Below are positions 9,010 to 18,567 of a stretch of DNA of 64,000 bases, piece after piece. The notes beneath the pieces were generated by a model. It had not been told where the DNA came from. It did not search any database and worked only from the letters and a program-made list of their open reading frames with translations. The position numbers and the translations under genes were made by a program. The stretch is taken from the NCBI GenBank assembly GCA_964490075.1, contig CAZBBK010000022.1, positions 6,168 through 70,167 on the forward strand. The letters run 5' to 3'. The DNA is from an uncultured Gemmatimonadota bacterium. Lineage in GTDB: Bacteria; GCA-2686955. The stretch's first letter is position 1, and every line of letters begins with the position of its first letter.

Positions 9010-10230
9010 TCAAAACGCGTCGAATCCGGTCAGGGCGCGCCCGAGGATCAGGGTGTGGACCTCGTGGGTTCCTTCGTAGGTGATGACCGATTCCAGATTC
9101 AGCATGTGCCGGATCGGTGCGTATTCCGCCATGATTCCGTTGGCTCCCAGGATCTGGCGGGCGCCGCGGGCCACCTCCAGGGCGGCGGCCACGTTGGCGC
9201 GCTTGGCCAGGCTGACGTGGGCCGGCAGCGCTTCACCGCGTTCCTTCAGGCGTCCCACATGAAGGGCCATCAGCCGCGCGTGAACGGTGGCGGTCGCCAT
9301 CTCGACCAGCTTCGACTGAATCAACTGCTTGCCCGCGATCGCGCCGCCGAACTGGGGTCGATCCCGGGCGTAGCTCAGCGCCACGTCGAAGCAGGCGCGG
9401 GCCGCGCCCACCGCGCCCCAGGCGATGCCGTAGCGCGCCTGGTTCAGGCACGAGAGCGGCGCTCCGAGCCCGCGCGCCTTCGGCAGCAGCGCCTCCTCGG
9501 GCAGCTCGCAATCCTCGAGCACGATCTCCCCGGTGACCGAGCTGCGCAGCGAGAGCTTCCCCTCCATGACCGGAGCGGAGTAGCCGGGCGTGTCTTTCTC
9601 GATGATGAAGCCGCGGATGTCGCCCTGGTCGTCCCCCTCGAGCTTGGCCCAGACCACGGCCAGGTCGGCGAAGGGACTGGCGGTGATCCACATCTTGGTG
9701 CCGTTCAAGAGGTAGCCATGGTCGGTGCGAATCGCTCGCGTCACCATGCTGCCGGGATCCGATCCCCAGTCCGGCTCGGTCAGGCCGAAGCAGCCGATCT
9801 TCAGACCGCGCGCCATCTCGGGCAGCCAGCGCAGCTTCTGCTCGTCCGAACCGAAACGGTGCAGGGCATACATCGCCAGCGAGCTGTGCACCGAGACGAA
9901 GCTGCGCAGCCCGGAGTCGCCGTACTCCAGCGCCTCTTGGGCCAGCCCGTAGGCCACCTCGCCCATGCCGGCGCAGCCGTAGCCCTGCAACGACGCGCCG
10001 AAGATGCCGAGCTCGGCCAGCTCCGCCACGTGGTCGCGGGCGAAGGGCTCGCCGTCCAGGAAACGCTGGTCGACGCCGGGCATGAAGCGCGAATGCACCC
10101 AGCCGAGCACCGACTCGTGAACCAGGCGCTCTTCTTCGCTCAGGTGGAGACGATCGCCGAGAAGCTGCTGCAGGTCGATCGCGGGGTCGTTCGCCGGCTT
10201 GGCGGCGGAGGAGTTGTCGGTGGCGGCCAT
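9010..10230 (-). CDS. gcdH: Acyl-CoA dehydrogenase, glutaryl-CoA dehydrogenase type
   Basis: GCFGLTEPDWGSDP, NGTKMWIT, CLNQARYGIAWGA, ITYEGTHEVH; ATG at 10230 overlaps the bcrD stop (TGATG). Confidence 0.85.
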   Translation of the reverse strand: MAATDNSSAAKPANDPAIDLQQLLGDRLHLSEEERLVHESVLGWVHSRFMPGVDQRFLDGEPFARDHVAELAELGIFGASLQGYGCAGMGEVAYGLAQEALEYGDSGLRSFVSVHSSLAMYALHRFGSDEQKLRWLPEMARGLKIGCFGLTEPDWGSDPGSMVTRAIRTDHGYLLNGTKMWITASPFADLAVVWAKLEGDDQGDIRGFIIEKDTPGYSAPVMEGKLSLRSSVTGEIVLEDCELPEEALLPKARGLGAPLSCLNQARYGIAWGAVGAARACFDVALSYARDRPQFGGAIAGKQLIQSKLVEMATATVHARLMALHVGRLKERGEALPAHVSLAKRANVAAALEVARGARQILGANGIMAEYAPIRHMLNLESVITYEGTHEVHTLILGRALTGFDAF

Positions 10231-11120
10231 CAGGCCACTCCTTTCGAGCGTCCGGTTCGTTCGGCCCGGAACGCGCCCCAGAGGGCAGCCCCGACCGCGC
10301 CGGCGTATTGGGATCTTGGATGGGAAATCAGCTCGGGATGGGGCGGAGGATCGCCGCCGGAGCGGGTCGCCCGCCGCAGGTTCTTCTGGTGCACCGCATC
10401 GAGCTCCTCGGCGATCCGCGCCAGCAGGCCGACGTCGGCCGCCAGACCACCGGTGACCATGACCGGCCCCTCGATGCCGACCGCCGTGGCGAGACGGGCG
10501 AAGCGCCCGGCCATCGAGGCGTGGATACCGCGCAGGATCTGCGGCGCGCCGATGCCGCGCGACACCATGTTGATCACGTCGGTCTCGGCCAGCACGGCGC
10601 AGATGCTCGATACAGTCTCGGCCTCGCCTGCCTCGCGCGACAGCTCGCCCACCTCCTCGATGCCGACGCCGAGGTAGCGGGCGATGTTCTCCAGAAACTG
10701 GCCAGAGCCCGAAGCGCACTGGCTGGTCATGCGATAGCGCTCCACGCGGGCCAGCTCCGAGACCCGGATCGCCCGGGCGTGCAGGGCGCCGACGTCGATC
10801 ACCACGCGTGCCTCGGGGCGGTAGAAGAGGGCGCCGCGGGCGTGGGTGGTCATGCTGTAGAAGTGGCCGGTGGCGCCGGGGATCAGGTCGGCGTCGCCGG
10901 TGGTCGCCAGGTAGGTGAGCGCCGACTCGTCGATCCCGGCGTCGCCCAGCGCCCGGGTCCGCACCATCTCGACCACCTGGGCGGGATCGCGGCGGCGGAT
11001 CCGCTCGCAGACCAGCGCCAGCTCCTCGGCGTCGCGCGCGGCGGGATCGGCGGGATTGGTGTGACGCAGCAGCGCCGCCTTGATGGCGCTGGATCCGACG
11101 TCGAGTCCGAGGGTCAGCAT
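10230..11120 (-). CDS. bcrD: Class I benzoyl-CoA reductase subunit D (ASKHA ATPase)
   Basis: GLDVGSSAIK, FYSMTTHARGA, RMTSQCASGSGQFLENIARYL, SSICAVLAETDVINMVSRG. Confidence 0.9.
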   Translation of the reverse strand: MLTLGLDVGSSAIKAALLRHTNPADPAARDAEELALVCERIRRRDPAQVVEMVRTRALGDAGIDESALTYLATTGDADLIPGATGHFYSMTTHARGALFYRPEARVVIDVGALHARAIRVSELARVERYRMTSQCASGSGQFLENIARYLGVGIEEVGELSREAGEAETVSSICAVLAETDVINMVSRGIGAPQILRGIHASMAGRFARLATAVGIEGPVMVTGGLAADVGLLARIAEELDAVHQKNLRRATRSGGDPPPHPELISHPRSQYAGAVGAALWGAFRAERTGRSKGVA

Positions 11121-11166
11121 GGGCAGCTCCGGGAGCGGTGAAAGGGCCGGCGGTTGGGCGAAGGGG

Positions 11167-12522
11167 TCAGTCGCGGTTCAGCTCGATCGGCAGGGCGCCT
11201 CCGCCCTGGCCCACGCGGTCGCGGCGCGAGAAGAGGGCGGCGCCGAGCGCACCGGTGAAGATCGAGTCGGGGGCGATGTTGATCGGCTGCTCGCCCCAGC
11301 TCTCCCGCACCACGTCGCGCAAGGCTGCGACCGCGGCCGGGTTCTTGGCGACACCGCCGGTGAAGGTGAACTGCTGCTTCACTCCGCCGGAGCGCGAGAG
11401 CAGGCTGGCGGCGCGCAGGATGATCGCCCGGTGCAGACCAGCCAGGATATCCTCGCGCTTCTCGCCCAGCGAGAGCCGCTCGCGCAGCTCCGCGCCGGCG
11501 AACACGGTGCAGGTGGAGCTCACCTTCACCTGGCGCCGCGACGCCATCGCCAGCGGACCCAGCTCGTGCAGACCCATGTTCAGCTCGTCGGCGATGTAGC
11601 CCAGGTAGCGGCCGCAGCCGGCGGCGCAGCGGTCGTTCATCTGGAAGCTGGTGACGACGCCGCGCTCGTCGACCTGGATCGCCTTGGTGTCCTGGCCGCC
11701 GATGTCGAGCACCGTGGCGGTGCGGGGGAACATCGCGTGGGCGCCCAGGCCGTGGCAGAGGATTTCAGAGCGAATCGCTTCGGGAGGGAAGGGCAGCCGG
11801 GCGCGCCCGTAGCCGGTGCCGACGCTGCCGCCGATCTCGATCTCTCGGTCCTGGACCCGCTCGAAGGCGGCGCGCGCCGCCTCGCGAGCCGGCTCGTCGA
11901 GCTCGCCGCAGGCGCGGGCATCGCCCACCAGCTCACGCGCACACGCCGCGACCTCGGAAAAGGCGGTGCTGCTGACACGGTTTTCCACCTCCAGAATCAC
12001 CCGATCGAAAAGTGTCGCCGCCAGCTCGAAGGGGATCTCGAGCTCGGGCGCCATCCGCTCGGCGACCGCCATGAAGCGACTGGAGGCGACATCGCGGAAG
12101 AAGTCGCTGCGCTCCTCGGCGTCCGCGCCGTGGATCTGGTAGGCATCGGCGCGCATCGCCTCGAGCGCCGCGGCGACCAGCGTCTCGAGCGCGGAGCGCC
12201 GGTCACGGAAGCGCTGCGCGTCGATCTCGCCGAGCACCTCGCGTTCGAACTCGTCGATGCGCGCCAGATGGCGCGCCAGGCGCACCAGCCTCTCCACCAC
12301 TGCGACCAGAGCGCCGCCGCCCTGGCGTGCGCGCAGGTCGGCGCCGAGCAGCTGCAGCCGGGCATCGCTCAGCGCCTCTTCCGCGGCCACGCCGCAGGCC
12401 ACGTCGTAGTTGGCGCGGCTGTTGGTGATCCCTCGGCCGATCACCGCGCCGTCCTCGTCGAGCACCACCGCTTTGGTGGTGGTCGATCCCAGGTCGACGC
12501 CCAGATAGGTGGTGACACTCAT
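11167..12522 (-). CDS. bcrA: Class I benzoyl-CoA reductase subunit A
   Basis: GVDLGSTTTKAVVL...GRGITNSRANY, SEILCHGLGAH, DIGGQDTK, QMNDRCAAGCGRYL, SSTCTVFAG; ATG at 12522. Confidence 0.92.
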   Translation of the reverse strand: MSVTTYLGVDLGSTTTKAVVLDEDGAVIGRGITNSRANYDVACGVAAEEALSDARLQLLGADLRARQGGGALVAVVERLVRLARHLARIDEFEREVLGEIDAQRFRDRRSALETLVAAALEAMRADAYQIHGADAEERSDFFRDVASSRFMAVAERMAPELEIPFELAATLFDRVILEVENRVSSTAFSEVAACARELVGDARACGELDEPAREAARAAFERVQDREIEIGGSVGTGYGRARLPFPPEAIRSEILCHGLGAHAMFPRTATVLDIGGQDTKAIQVDERGVVTSFQMNDRCAAGCGRYLGYIADELNMGLHELGPLAMASRRQVKVSSTCTVFAGAELRERLSLGEKREDILAGLHRAIILRAASLLSRSGGVKQQFTFTGGVAKNPAAVAALRDVVRESWGEQPINIAPDSIFTGALGAALFSRRDRVGQGGGALPIELNRD

Positions 12523-13811
12523 GCGGCCTCTCCTGCGGCGCGCCTCTCGCGCACCATCTGCAGATAGGACTCGATCCGGTTCTTCACGTTGGCCGCGGAG
12601 AAGTAGCGCGGATCGACCAGGTCCGATTCGATGAAGGCGCCGGGCCTTCCGGTGCGCTCCTCGAGCTCGCGCAAGATCAGCAGCTGCCCCGACGAGAAAG
12701 AGTTGCAACTCTTGACCGAGTTGATCAGAAAGCCGTCGGCCGCGAAGTCGTTGACGTAGTTCTCCAAGAGATCGATGCGCGCCGGGAGCGAGAGATTGGT
12801 GTAGCAGCCGAGGCAGTACTCGGCCAGACTCTCCAGCGGGCGCGCGGGATCGTGACGAAAGCCCTGATCATAGAGTCCCCCGACCTTGCTGTAGGTCGAT
12901 GCGACCGCCACCGCTCCCTCGTCGGCGAACATGCTCCAGAACTCGCGAAAGCTGGTCCAGTTCGGCGGGCCCTCGACCACCAGGCGGAACTCCTCGCGGG
13001 CGAGCTCGCCGGCCGGCGTGATGGGACCGAGTCCCTTGCGCACACGATCTTCGACCTCGCGGCGCAGCGATTGGTAATAGCGCTCGCCTTCGGCGGTGCC
13101 GCGGAAGGCGGTGAAGATCGGTCCGATGTAGTAGACGGCGCCGAAGTAGGAGTCGATCGGCGAGGGACGGGACTTGGCCGCGTCGAGCACCGCCACCAGG
13201 TCGTCCTCCATGCGCGCCGAGCGGGCCAGCGATTCGGCCAGCCGAGCCTCGTCGTAGCGATTGCCGCTGAGCCGCTCCAGGGCGGGAATCACCTCTTCGC
13301 GCAGCTGCCGCACCACGTAGTCGACCATTGGGCGCTCGATCTTGCCCTGGGCCTGGTAGGGGACCTGGAGCATCGAGATCCGCGACTCGGCCTCGTCGCG
13401 CAGCAGCTCGAACCACTTCAAAAAGGTGAAGCATCCGGTGTAGGAAAGGAGCAGCAGATCGGCCGGCGGAATCGCCAGACCGGTCGGCCCGATGCCGCCC
13501 TGTTTCATCATGCCGACGTCGCACTTGACGTAGGTGCAGACATCTTCGGAGTGGCCCTCGCGCTCGGCCTCGGCGATGAAGCCGCGCGAGCGCCCGCGCA
13601 TGCCTGACTGCAGGGCGTTGATCTCCGGCAGGCAGGGCAGCAGATCAAAGGAGCGGATCAGCTCGGTCAGGTTCCCCGGCACGAAGGTGTAGACCACCTT
13701 GTCGCCGCGCTCGGGGGCCTCGCTGAGGCGCTGGTAGTAGGATGCCAGCATCTCCTTTTGCAGGATCATGCTGCGATCTTTGGCCGCCGTCTCGTGCGGA
13801 CTCTTGGTCAT
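12519..13811 (-). CDS. bcrB: Class I benzoyl-CoA reductase subunit B
   Basis: TFVPGNL, PEINALQ, GHSEDVCTYVKCD, YTGCFTFLKWFE, SVKSCNSFS, ESDLVDPRYFS; ATG at 13811. Confidence 0.92.
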   Translation of the reverse strand: MTKSPHETAAKDRSMILQKEMLASYYQRLSEAPERGDKVVYTFVPGNLTELIRSFDLLPCLPEINALQSGMRGRSRGFIAEAEREGHSEDVCTYVKCDVGMMKQGGIGPTGLAIPPADLLLLSYTGCFTFLKWFELLRDEAESRISMLQVPYQAQGKIERPMVDYVVRQLREEVIPALERLSGNRYDEARLAESLARSARMEDDLVAVLDAAKSRPSPIDSYFGAVYYIGPIFTAFRGTAEGERYYQSLRREVEDRVRKGLGPITPAGELAREEFRLVVEGPPNWTSFREFWSMFADEGAVAVASTYSKVGGLYDQGFRHDPARPLESLAEYCLGCYTNLSLPARIDLLENYVNDFAADGFLINSVKSCNSFSSGQLLILRELEERTGRPGAFIESDLVDPRYFSAANVKNRIESYLQMVRERRAAGEAA

Positions 13812-14974
13812 GCGTGGCTCCAGAGCTTGATCGCGTCGGAGAAGGTGCCCGCCTGCTCGCGAATCACCTGGAACTGGCCGGTGTTCTCGGCGTACTGCAG
13901 GGCGGTGTGGGGGATGTCGGCGTCGTCCAGGGCGCGCTGCAGCATCGGCCGATCGAGCAGCGCCGGATCGCAGAACGATGGCGCGCAGAACACCACGCCG
14001 TCGGCGTCGCGGCCGCGCACCATCTCGATCAGTCGCATCCCTTTGGTGTCGTTCAGGTCGTAGACCGAAGCGGTGCTGGGGCTCGACTCCATGTAGCCGC
14101 GAGCGATCGCCGCCAGCGGATCGCCTTGCTCGCTCAAGGGCTCCTGCTGCCAGCGCAGTCCCAGCAACAGATCGTCGTCGACCACGCCGCAGCCGGCGCG
14201 CTCCAGGGTCACCAGCAGGTTCACCGGCGGCTGTTCGCAGAAGGCGCCGATCACCAACACCCGGCTCAGGTCGCGGTAGGGCAGATCGCGCTCTGTGGCG
14301 GCGGTCACGTAGTCGCGCAGCAGCGAGGTGTGCTCGGCGATCGGCATCAGTCCACCGGCGCGGATCACCGAGTAGACCTCGCGCAGCGGGTAGCGCCAGG
14401 GGGCTTCGGCGCGCAGATCGAAGAGCTCGGCGATCGCCGCCGCGTTGCGGTTGTAGTCGGCGATCGACTCGCGAATCCGCTCTTCGTCGATCGGCCGTCC
14501 CGTGATCCCTTCCAGATCGGATCCGAGCGCCGCCAGCTCCCCGGCCATGAAGTCGGCGCCCGCCTCGACGCTCTGACACTGGGGCACGTCGACGTAGCGC
14601 GAGAGCACCTTGGGGAAGAGCACCTGCCACATGCCGGAGAGATTGCGGATCACGTCGCAGGTGGCCGGAAAGAGCATCGCGTCCAGCGGCTGGTAGGCGC
14701 CGTTCAGCGCCAGGTCGATGACGCTCCGCGGCAGGTGGCAGATGTAGCTCTGGAAGTAGGCGTCGCCTTTGACCACATCGACCGCGTCGCCCCCCCCGAA
14801 GATCGCCACCGGCAGCATGCCGGCCGCCGCGACCAGCGGCCGCGGCGCATAGACGGGCAGGTGCCCGACCGCCCGAAGGGTCGGATCGGCCTCCTTCAGG
14901 GCACGCAGCCATTCGAGGTGGAGATCGTCGAGCCGCTCCGTGCAGCGGGCGACGATCGCGTCGACTTTGCTCAT
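13808..14974 (-). CDS. bcrC: Class I benzoyl-CoA reductase subunit C
   Basis: GDAYFQSYICH, ATCDVIRNLSGMW, GAFCEQPP, PSFCDPALL, YAENTGQFQVIREQAGTFSD; GGAGG RBS before ATG 14974. Confidence 0.92.
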   Translation of the reverse strand: MSKVDAIVARCTERLDDLHLEWLRALKEADPTLRAVGHLPVYAPRPLVAAAGMLPVAIFGGGDAVDVVKGDAYFQSYICHLPRSVIDLALNGAYQPLDAMLFPATCDVIRNLSGMWQVLFPKVLSRYVDVPQCQSVEAGADFMAGELAALGSDLEGITGRPIDEERIRESIADYNRNAAAIAELFDLRAEAPWRYPLREVYSVIRAGGLMPIAEHTSLLRDYVTAATERDLPYRDLSRVLVIGAFCEQPPVNLLVTLERAGCGVVDDDLLLGLRWQQEPLSEQGDPLAAIARGYMESSPSTASVYDLNDTKGMRLIEMVRGRDADGVVFCAPSFCDPALLDRPMLQRALDDADIPHTALQYAENTGQFQVIREQAGTFSDAIKLWSHA

Positions 14975-15756
14975 CGATCCCTCCACTGGGGGCGGCGCCG
15001 CTCCAGGAAGGCGGCGATGCCTTCCGGCGCGTCCTCGGTCGCCATCAGCTCATCGAGGTAGAGCGCCTCGTTGGCGTCCAGCTCGCCGCCGCTCAGCGCC
15101 CGGCTCAGCTCGGCGCGCGCCGCTCGCGACGCGAAGCGCAGGGCCACCGCGCTCCTGGGCAGCACTTGAGCTTCCAGGTAGGCGAGCGCGGCGGCCTCGG
15201 GATCCTCGTCGACGCTGTGGGCCAATCCCCAGGCCGCCGCGGTGGCGGCGTCGATCGAGCGACCGGTGAGCAAGAGATCGTCGGCCCGCGCGCCGCCGAT
15301 GCGCCGCGGCAGCACCACGCTCGCCACCGGCGCGAACACGCTGAGCTGCACCTCCGGCTGCCCGAAATGCGCGTCGGGGGCGGCGAAGATCCAGTGACAC
15401 AATATCGCCAGCTCCATGCCGCCGCCCAGGCACTGGCCGCGCACCGCGGCCGCCATCGGCAGATGCAGCTCGACCATCGCCTTGCTCAGCCCGTGAAACA
15501 CGCCGAGCATGTCGCGCACCTGGTCGGGAGCGTGCTCCGCGACACTGGCGCCGAACGAGAAGTGCTTGCCCTCGGCGGCCAGCAGCAGGGCACGCAGCTC
15601 CCGGCGCCGCGCCGCGGCCTCACAGGTCGCGTGCAGCTCCTTCATCATCGCCGCGTCGACGATGTTGCCCTTGCCGCCGGCCAGACGCACCGTCAGCAGG
15701 TGATCGTCGTGCGACAGGGAAAGCTCGAGTCGATCGCAGGAAGGCAGCGCGCTCAT
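14971..15756 (-). CDS. dch: Cyclohexa-1,5-dienecarbonyl-CoA hydratase (crotonase family)
   Basis: GKGNIVD, KHFSFGASV, CLGGGMELA, FGQPEVQLSVFAP; position inside the bcr operon. Confidence 0.85.
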   Translation of the reverse strand: MSALPSCDRLELSLSHDDHLLTVRLAGGKGNIVDAAMMKELHATCEAAARRRELRALLLAAEGKHFSFGASVAEHAPDQVRDMLGVFHGLSKAMVELHLPMAAAVRGQCLGGGMELAILCHWIFAAPDAHFGQPEVQLSVFAPVASVVLPRRIGGARADDLLLTGRSIDAATAAAWGLAHSVDEDPEAAALAYLEAQVLPRSAVALRFASRAARAELSRALSGGELDANEALYLDELMATEDAPEGIAAFLERRRPQWRDR

Positions 15757-16853
15757 GCCTGGTCCTTTCGCGGCGGCATCAACGATTCGACCAGCTCGGC
15801 CGACCAGTGATCGCCGCGCGCGATCGATTGGCGCAGGCCGATGAAGTCGGCCTCGCGGTGCCCGCGTATCCCCTCGTTGAAAGCGCGGAAGCCCAGATCG
15901 GCCTCACCCAGCATGTTGACGCCGAGCCACGATCTGTTGCCTTCACGGTTCTTGTCCCAGTGGGCCAATTTGTGGCGGCGCACCGACTCGAGGGTGCGGG
16001 TCAAACAGCCAGGCATCATCATCAAGAGCTTGTTGCACAGCCGATCGACCGCGGCGTCCAGGTGCGCCAAGTTGACAGTGCCGCTCTTGAACAGTGTCTT
16101 CCCCTCGCCCAGGGCGTCGCCCTTCAGCATCTGGCCGTGCACGATCTGGCCTCTCTCGTCGAGCCAGCGCGAGGTCTCCACCATCGGGTTCGGAATCAGC
16201 TTGCCGTCGACCTCGAGCACCGGCACTACCTCGGTGATCAATCCGTAACGCTGAGCCTCGTAGGCGCTCCACATCTCGCACAGCGTGGCCGACTGCATGG
16301 CGCGCTCGTAGCCGACCAGGAGCGGCAGGAAGTCGGTCGATCCGCCGTCGGGCGCCGAACCGTGTTTGGGTCCCGCCTGGCCGAACACCGCCAGGTCGGA
16401 GGCCACCGAGAAGTCGCAGGCCATGCCGATCTCCTGGCCGCCGGCGATGCGCATGCCGTTGACGCGACAGATCACCGGCTTGTCGCAGTGGAGGATCGCC
16501 GAAACCATGTCGTTGAAGAGACGCATGTACTGACGATACTCTTCCGGACGGCGGGCGTAGTACTCGGCGTACTCCTTGGTGTTGCCACCGGTGCAGAAGG
16601 CCCGGTCGCCGGCTCCGGTGAAGACCACGCTGACGATGTCGCGACGATTCGCCGCGTGGCGCATTCCCAGGATCACGCCCTTGGTCATCGCGGTGGTGTA
16701 GGAGTTGAGCTGGGTCGGGTTGTCGAGAGTGATCCAGCAGTGAAAGAGGCCCTCGGCGACCGAGCCGTCGGGAGCCAGGGCGGGGCGATAGTCGACGCCG
16801 ATCCCTTCGGCGGGTGAGAAGGGAACGAGATCGTGGTCGTTGAGCTGCGTCAT
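15753..16853 (-). CDS. oah: 6-oxocyclohex-1-ene-1-carbonyl-CoA hydrolase (ring opening)
   Basis: WITLDNPTQLNSYTT, FCTGGNTKEYAEYY, GQAGPKHGSAPDGGSTDFL. Confidence 0.93.
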   Translation of the reverse strand: MTQLNDHDLVPFSPAEGIGVDYRPALAPDGSVAEGLFHCWITLDNPTQLNSYTTAMTKGVILGMRHAANRRDIVSVVFTGAGDRAFCTGGNTKEYAEYYARRPEEYRQYMRLFNDMVSAILHCDKPVICRVNGMRIAGGQEIGMACDFSVASDLAVFGQAGPKHGSAPDGGSTDFLPLLVGYERAMQSATLCEMWSAYEAQRYGLITEVVPVLEVDGKLIPNPMVETSRWLDERGQIVHGQMLKGDALGEGKTLFKSGTVNLAHLDAAVDRLCNKLLMMMPGCLTRTLESVRRHKLAHWDKNREGNRSWLGVNMLGEADLGFRAFNEGIRGHREADFIGLRQSIARGDHWSAELVESLMPPRKDQA

Positions 16854-16898
16854 CGTTGGCTTTCCAGGTTCTTGGGATTGGGATTCGCGGGTAGCGAT

Positions 16899-17990
16899 TC
16901 ATCCGGCGTCGGGGACCAGCACGGCGCGGCGCCCGTCGGAGCTGTGGTGGTGGAGCTCGTCGAGTACTTCGTTGACGGCTCTCAGCGGCCGCTTGGTGAC
17001 CATCGGCGCGATCGGCAGACTGCCGGCGAGGGCCATCTCGACCAGCTCCGGATAGAGGGCCGGGTCGCATCCCCAGTTGCCGATCGCCCGGGCATCGAAG
17101 GCCATCAGGTTGGACAGGCGCAGGTGGACCCGCGCCGGCGTGAAGCCGACCACCGAGAGGGTCGCGCCGTGGTTCAGGAGGCCAAAGGCCAGCTCCTGGC
17201 CGGGAGCGCTGCCGCTGGTCTCGAAGATCCGCCAGGGGCTGGCGGCCAGCCCGCGTTCGGCGGCGAATCCGCGCAGCTCCTTGCGCACCGCCTTAGTCTC
17301 GACCCCGTCGATGTTGAGGGGCAGATCGATGCCCAGATCGCGCATCGCCTCGACCCGTCGGGGACTGACGTCGAGCGCCGCCACGCAGGCGCCCATCGAC
17401 TTGGCGAGCAGCGCCCCGAAGCCGCCCACGCCGCCGGCGCCGACGAAGATCGCCAGCTCTCCGGGGGCCAGCTCGGCGCGTCGGATCGCCTGCCAGGGTG
17501 TGGAGATCGCGTCGGCGATCACCCCCAGCTCCGCCAGTCCCACGCCGGAGTCGCCGAGCGGGGCATCGCCGCCCTCGTAGCCCGGCACCGGGCACAGGTC
17601 GCGCGCCGGAACCACCAGGTGGGTGGCGAACCCGCCATGCACGTCGTTGCCGGGCATGATCTGCCCGGGACAGATGGTGCCGCGCCCCGCCAGGCAGGCC
17701 GCGCACTCTCCGCAAGGCATCACCGCCGGCACGATCACCGCCTGACCGACGCGCCCCTCGGCGCCCGGCCCGGCCGCCTCGATCACCCCCGAGACCTCGT
17801 GACCGAGCACCAGGGGCAGCGGGTGCTTGGTGCGCACGCCCCCGTGCAGGAAGCCGATATCGGTGTGGCACACGCCGCACCCCACGACCCGAACCAGCGC
17901 CTCCCCCTCCTGGAGCTCGGGGGCGGCCCGCTCGAAGGGCTCGAGCGCCTTGCCCGGTTCGGTCATCGCAAAACCGTGAATGGTTGTCAT
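16899..17990 (-). CDS. had: 6-hydroxycyclohex-1-ene-1-carbonyl-CoA dehydrogenase (Zn MDR family)
   Basis: CGVCHTD, GHE, PCGECAAC..G..TIC, RLSNLMAFDARAIGNWGC; first gene of the operon. Confidence 0.9.
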   Translation of the reverse strand: MTTIHGFAMTEPGKALEPFERAAPELQEGEALVRVVGCGVCHTDIGFLHGGVRTKHPLPLVLGHEVSGVIEAAGPGAEGRVGQAVIVPAVMPCGECAACLAGRGTICPGQIMPGNDVHGGFATHLVVPARDLCPVPGYEGGDAPLGDSGVGLAELGVIADAISTPWQAIRRAELAPGELAIFVGAGGVGGFGALLAKSMGACVAALDVSPRRVEAMRDLGIDLPLNIDGVETKAVRKELRGFAAERGLAASPWRIFETSGSAPGQELAFGLLNHGATLSVVGFTPARVHLRLSNLMAFDARAIGNWGCDPALYPELVEMALAGSLPIAPMVTKRPLRAVNEVLDELHHHSSDGRRAVLVPDAG

Positions 17991-18567
17991 GACGATTCCT
18001 CGGCCGACACGTGGCGGCGGACTATTGAGGACCGACGGCGGGCGGGCGAACGCGTGCGCCGGCCGTCGAGAACCACACTATACTGCCGCTCTTGCTGGCT
18101 CAATAGAACTATACTGCTGATTCCCCGCGGCCGTTGCCGCGGGCTGGTTGCGCCTGGCTCTTCCGCCAAGCTCGTTCGACCGCCGGCGTCTCGATCCGGG
18201 TGCGGGCGCTCGATCGGAAGGGTCGAGTATCGCCTGGATCGGCGCGCCGCGCCAGGGGCCCGGCGAAGTCGCCGGGGCTCTCGGAGCCGTCCGGACGGCG
18301 CGCCAATTGGCGCATGCGCACCCGCCCGCCCGCCGGATCCGGCGCCACGTAAGAAAACTCAGGCCCCCTGGTCCCGGATCGGAGCCCGGCAGAGCCAGGT
18401 CGGATGGGCGGCGATCGAGCCAATCCCTTGCCAATCGGCGCCGAATCCGCGATCTCCGGCGCTTCGCCGACAAATATGACGCCCCGCTCTCAGTCGCCCG
18501 GCCGATCGGGTAGAGACACCATGCCTTGTAGGGAGGAGCCCCGACACCGAACCCCCGGAATCACCCG

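Noticed and set aside
10230-14974. Alternative call as 2-hydroxyacyl-CoA dehydratase plus activator
   Set aside because: Same superfamily, but two distinct ASKHA subunits plus adjacent dch, had and oah indicate benzoyl-CoA reductase.
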